Assembly (NCBI RefSeq): GCF_004010195.1
Contig: NC_057757.1
Location: 3,688,149 to 3,752,148, forward strand
Source: Chiloscyllium plagiosum
Lineage: Eukaryota
Reading direction: 5' to 3'
DNA: 64,000 bases
Below the pieces are notes generated by a model. That model was not told the origin of the DNA and ran no database searches. It saw nothing but the letters and a program-made list of their open reading frames with translations. A program made the position numbers and the translations under genes. Position 1 is the first letter of the stretch, and each line of letters starts with the position of its first letter. Of the stretch, positions 61,108 through 64,000 are shown in pieces.

Positions 61108-63634
61108 AGTCATAGTCATAGAGATATACAGCACGGAAACCGACCCTGCGGTCCAACTCATCCATACTGACCAGATATCCCAAAGTAATCTAGTCCCATT
61201 TACCAGCACTTGGCCCATATTCCTCTAAGCCCTTCCTATTCATGTACCCATCCAGATGCCTTTTAAATGTTGCAATGATACCAGCCTCCATCACTTCCTC
61301 TGGCAGCTCATTCCATACAAATACCACCCTGAGTGAAAAAGTTTCCCCTTAGGTCCCTTTTATGTCTTTCCCCTCTCACTCTAAACCTATGCCCTCTAGT
61401 TCTGGACTCCCCCACCCCAGGGAAAAGACTTGTCTATTCACCCTATCCATGCCCCTCAATTTTAAAAACCTCTCGAAGGTCACCCCTCAGCCTCCGACAT
61501 TCCAGGGAAAACAGCCCTAGCCTATTCAGCCTCTCCCTGTAGCTCAAATCCTCCAACCCTGACAACATCCTTGTAAATCTCTTCAGAACCCTTTCAAGTT
61601 TCACAACATCCTTTTGATAGGAAGGAGACCAGAATTGCACACAATATCACTATCCTATCTACCTGTGACTCCACTTTCAAGGAGCTATGAACCTGCACTC
61701 CAAGGTCTCTAGGATTGTACCATTAAGTGTGTAAATGCTGCTGAGATTTGCCTTTCCAAAATGCCGCACCTCACACCTATCTGAATTAAACTCCATCTGC
61801 CACTTCTCAGCCCATTGCCCCATCTGATCAAGATCCCATTGTAATCCTTGTGGCACTCCAGTGGTCACAGGCCTCCAGTCTGAAATCCAACCCTCCACCA
61901 CCACCCTCTGTCACCTTTCAGCCAGTTCTGTATCCAAATGGCTACTTCTCCCTGTATTCCACAAGATCTAACCTTGCTGACCAGTTTCCGTGGGGAACCT
62001 TGTCAAACACATTACTGAAGTCCATTTAGATCACGTCCACTGCTCTGCCCTCATCAATCCTCTTTGTTACTTCTTCAGAAACCTCAATCAAATTCGTGAG
62101 ACATGATTTCCCACGCATAAAGCTGTGCTGACTATCCCTGATTAGTCCTTGCCTTTCCAAATACATGTACATCCTTCTCCCTCAGGATTCCCTCCAACAG
62201 CTTGCCCACCACCGACTTCAGGCTCAGTGGTCTATAATTCCCTGGCTTGTCCTTACCACCCTTCTTAAACAGTGGCACCATGTTAACCACCCTCAGTCTT
62301 CTGGCACCTCACCTATGACCATCGATGATACAAAATATCTCAGCAGGGGACCCAGCAATCACTTCCCTAGCTTCCCACAGAGCTCTTGGATACACCTGAT
62401 CAGGTCGTGGGGATTTATCCACCTTTATGCGTTTCAATAAATCCAGCACTTCCTCCTCCGTAGTATGGAAATTTTTCAAGACGTCACTATCTATTTTCAC
62501 ACATTGTATATCTTCCATGTCCTACCCCAGAGCAAACACTGATGCAAGATAGTTGTTTAGTATCTCCCCCATCTCTTGAGGCTCCACACAAGGGCTGCCT
62601 TGCTGATCTTTGAGGGGCCATATTCTCTCCCGAGTTACCCTTTTGTCCTTAATTAATTTGTAAAATCCCTTTGGCTTCTCCTTAACCCTATTTGCCAAAG
62701 CTATCTCAAGGCCCCTTTTTGCTCTCCAGATTTCTCTCTCAAGTATACTCCTACTGCCTTTATACTCTAAGGATTCACCCGATTTTTCCTGTCTGTACCT
62801 GACATACGCTTCCTTCTTTTTCTTAAGCAAACCCTCAATTTCCCTAGTCATCCAGCTATCCTTACACCTACCAGCCTTTCCCTTCACCCTTAAAATCCCT
62901 TTGGCTTCTCCTTAACCCTATTTGCCAAAGCTATCTCAAGGCCCCTTTTTGCTCTCCAGATTTCTCTCTCAAGTATACTCCTACTGCCTTTGTACTCTAA
63001 GGATTCACCCGATCTATCCTGTCTGTACCTGACATACGCTTCCTTCTTTTTCTTAAGCAAACCCTCAATTTCCCTAGTCATCCAGCTATCCCTACCAGCC
63101 TTCCCCTTCACCCTAACAGGAATATACTGTCTCTGGACTCTCATTATCTCATTTCTGAAGGCTTCCCATTTTCCAGCTGTCCCTTTACCTGCGAACATCT
63201 GCCCCCAATCAGCTTTTGAAGGTGCTTGCCTAATACCGTCAAAACTGGCCTTTCTCCAATTTAGAACTTCAAATTTTAGAACTGTTAGGTCTACCCTTTT
63301 TCATCACTATTTCTGCCCCCAATCAGCTTTTGAAGGTGCTTGCCTAATACCGTCAAAACTGGCCTTTCTCCAATTTAGAACTTCAAATTTTAGGTCTACC
63401 CTTTTTCATCACTATTTTAAAACTAATACAATTGTGGTCGCTGGCCCCAAAGTGCTCTCCCACTGACACCTCAGTCACTTGCCCTGCCTTACTTTCCAAG
63501 CGTAGATCAAATTTTGCACCTTCTCTAGTAGGTACATCCACATACTGAACCAGAAAAATTTCTTGTACACTTAAACTCCTCTCCATCTAAACCCTTAACA
63601 CTATGACAGTCCCAGTTTACATTTGGAAAGTTAA
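61108..63634 (-). mobile_element. CR1/HER1 LINE with internal deletions and tandem duplications, in a PELP1 intron
   Basis: SDHNCISF, KSPRPD, GVPQG, YQKDVVKLERV; (CTATGA)n tail. Confidence 0.85.
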
Positions 63635-63714
63635 CCTTGAGATGCACGGGAGAGGCCAGAGGGGGGTTTTCTATTTATAGAAGAGGGTAATAGGATGAAC
63701 GGCGGCACACTTAC

Positions 63715-63803
63715 ACGGTGATGACTGCCGAGAGAATTTCCAGCGCGTCGCAATGGATTGCCGGCAGGACTAACATCTTTAATGGTCCATCCCCTATCCA
63801 GCT
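63715..63803 (-). CDS. PELP1: PELP1 exon (most 5' exon in the window; not shown in frame in the ORF track)
   Basis: SWIGDGPLKMLVLPAIHCDALEILSAVIT(V), similar to human GDGPLRLLLLPSIHLEAL; acceptor gttgcag, donor gtaagt; 89 nt, phase 0 to 2. Confidence 0.9.
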
Positions 63804-64000
63804 CTGCAACCAACAATGGAGGAAAGCTCGTTAAAACCACACCCAAGAGGACGGGAGCCACATTTCACGACTGCGTGTGGAGTATGAAAGGAGCAAACAC
63901 GAAAGCAGATCTATTCACAGTATGGCACAGGAGGCAAGGAGAAAGAGTAAGGAGGTGAGTTTCAGGCGGACTGCTCCTAAAAAGCTTCTTTGAACATGTC

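Noticed and set aside
63635..64000. Apparently foreign unique sequence at the window end
   Set aside because: Explained by the PELP1 exon 63715-63803 and its intron flanks

Overview
Eukaryotic, repeat-dominated genomic DNA, most likely from a cartilaginous fish. The organism is inferred from HE1-type SINEs, HER1/CR1 LINEs and a shark-type GPR139-like gene. There are six N-gaps: 8610-9109, 12290-12586, 15993-16078, 21398-21849, 32110-32609 and 33684-34495. Three host genes lie on the minus strand. (1) The 3' eight exons of PELP1 (63803 down to 51155) join through GT-AG boundaries into one phase-consistent ORF. (2) The last three coding exons of TM4SF5 (26081 down to 20740) include a 15-nt terminal coding exon; its first two exons were not found. 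(3) The main exon of a GPR139-like class A GPCR is at 7056-6122. The rest is retroelements: many CR1 fragments, a decayed Tx1-clade LINE, a Rex1/Babar LINE, Penelope-like pieces with minimal hammerhead-like motifs, a Gypsy/Gmr1-like gag remnant, HE1 SINEs with amplified 53-bp units, a tRNA-Gln pseudogene and several satellites. The most unusual items are a roughly 1.5-kb ORF1-only (HAL1-like) retroposon with a TSD inside a SINE array, a 49-bp SINE/LINE tail between 170-bp direct repeats, and an exact 25-bp copy of a PELP1 exon 15.5 kb away. I see no CRISPR array, no prokaryotic system, and no convincing wholly new system. Family and gene names come from motif recognition, not database searches.
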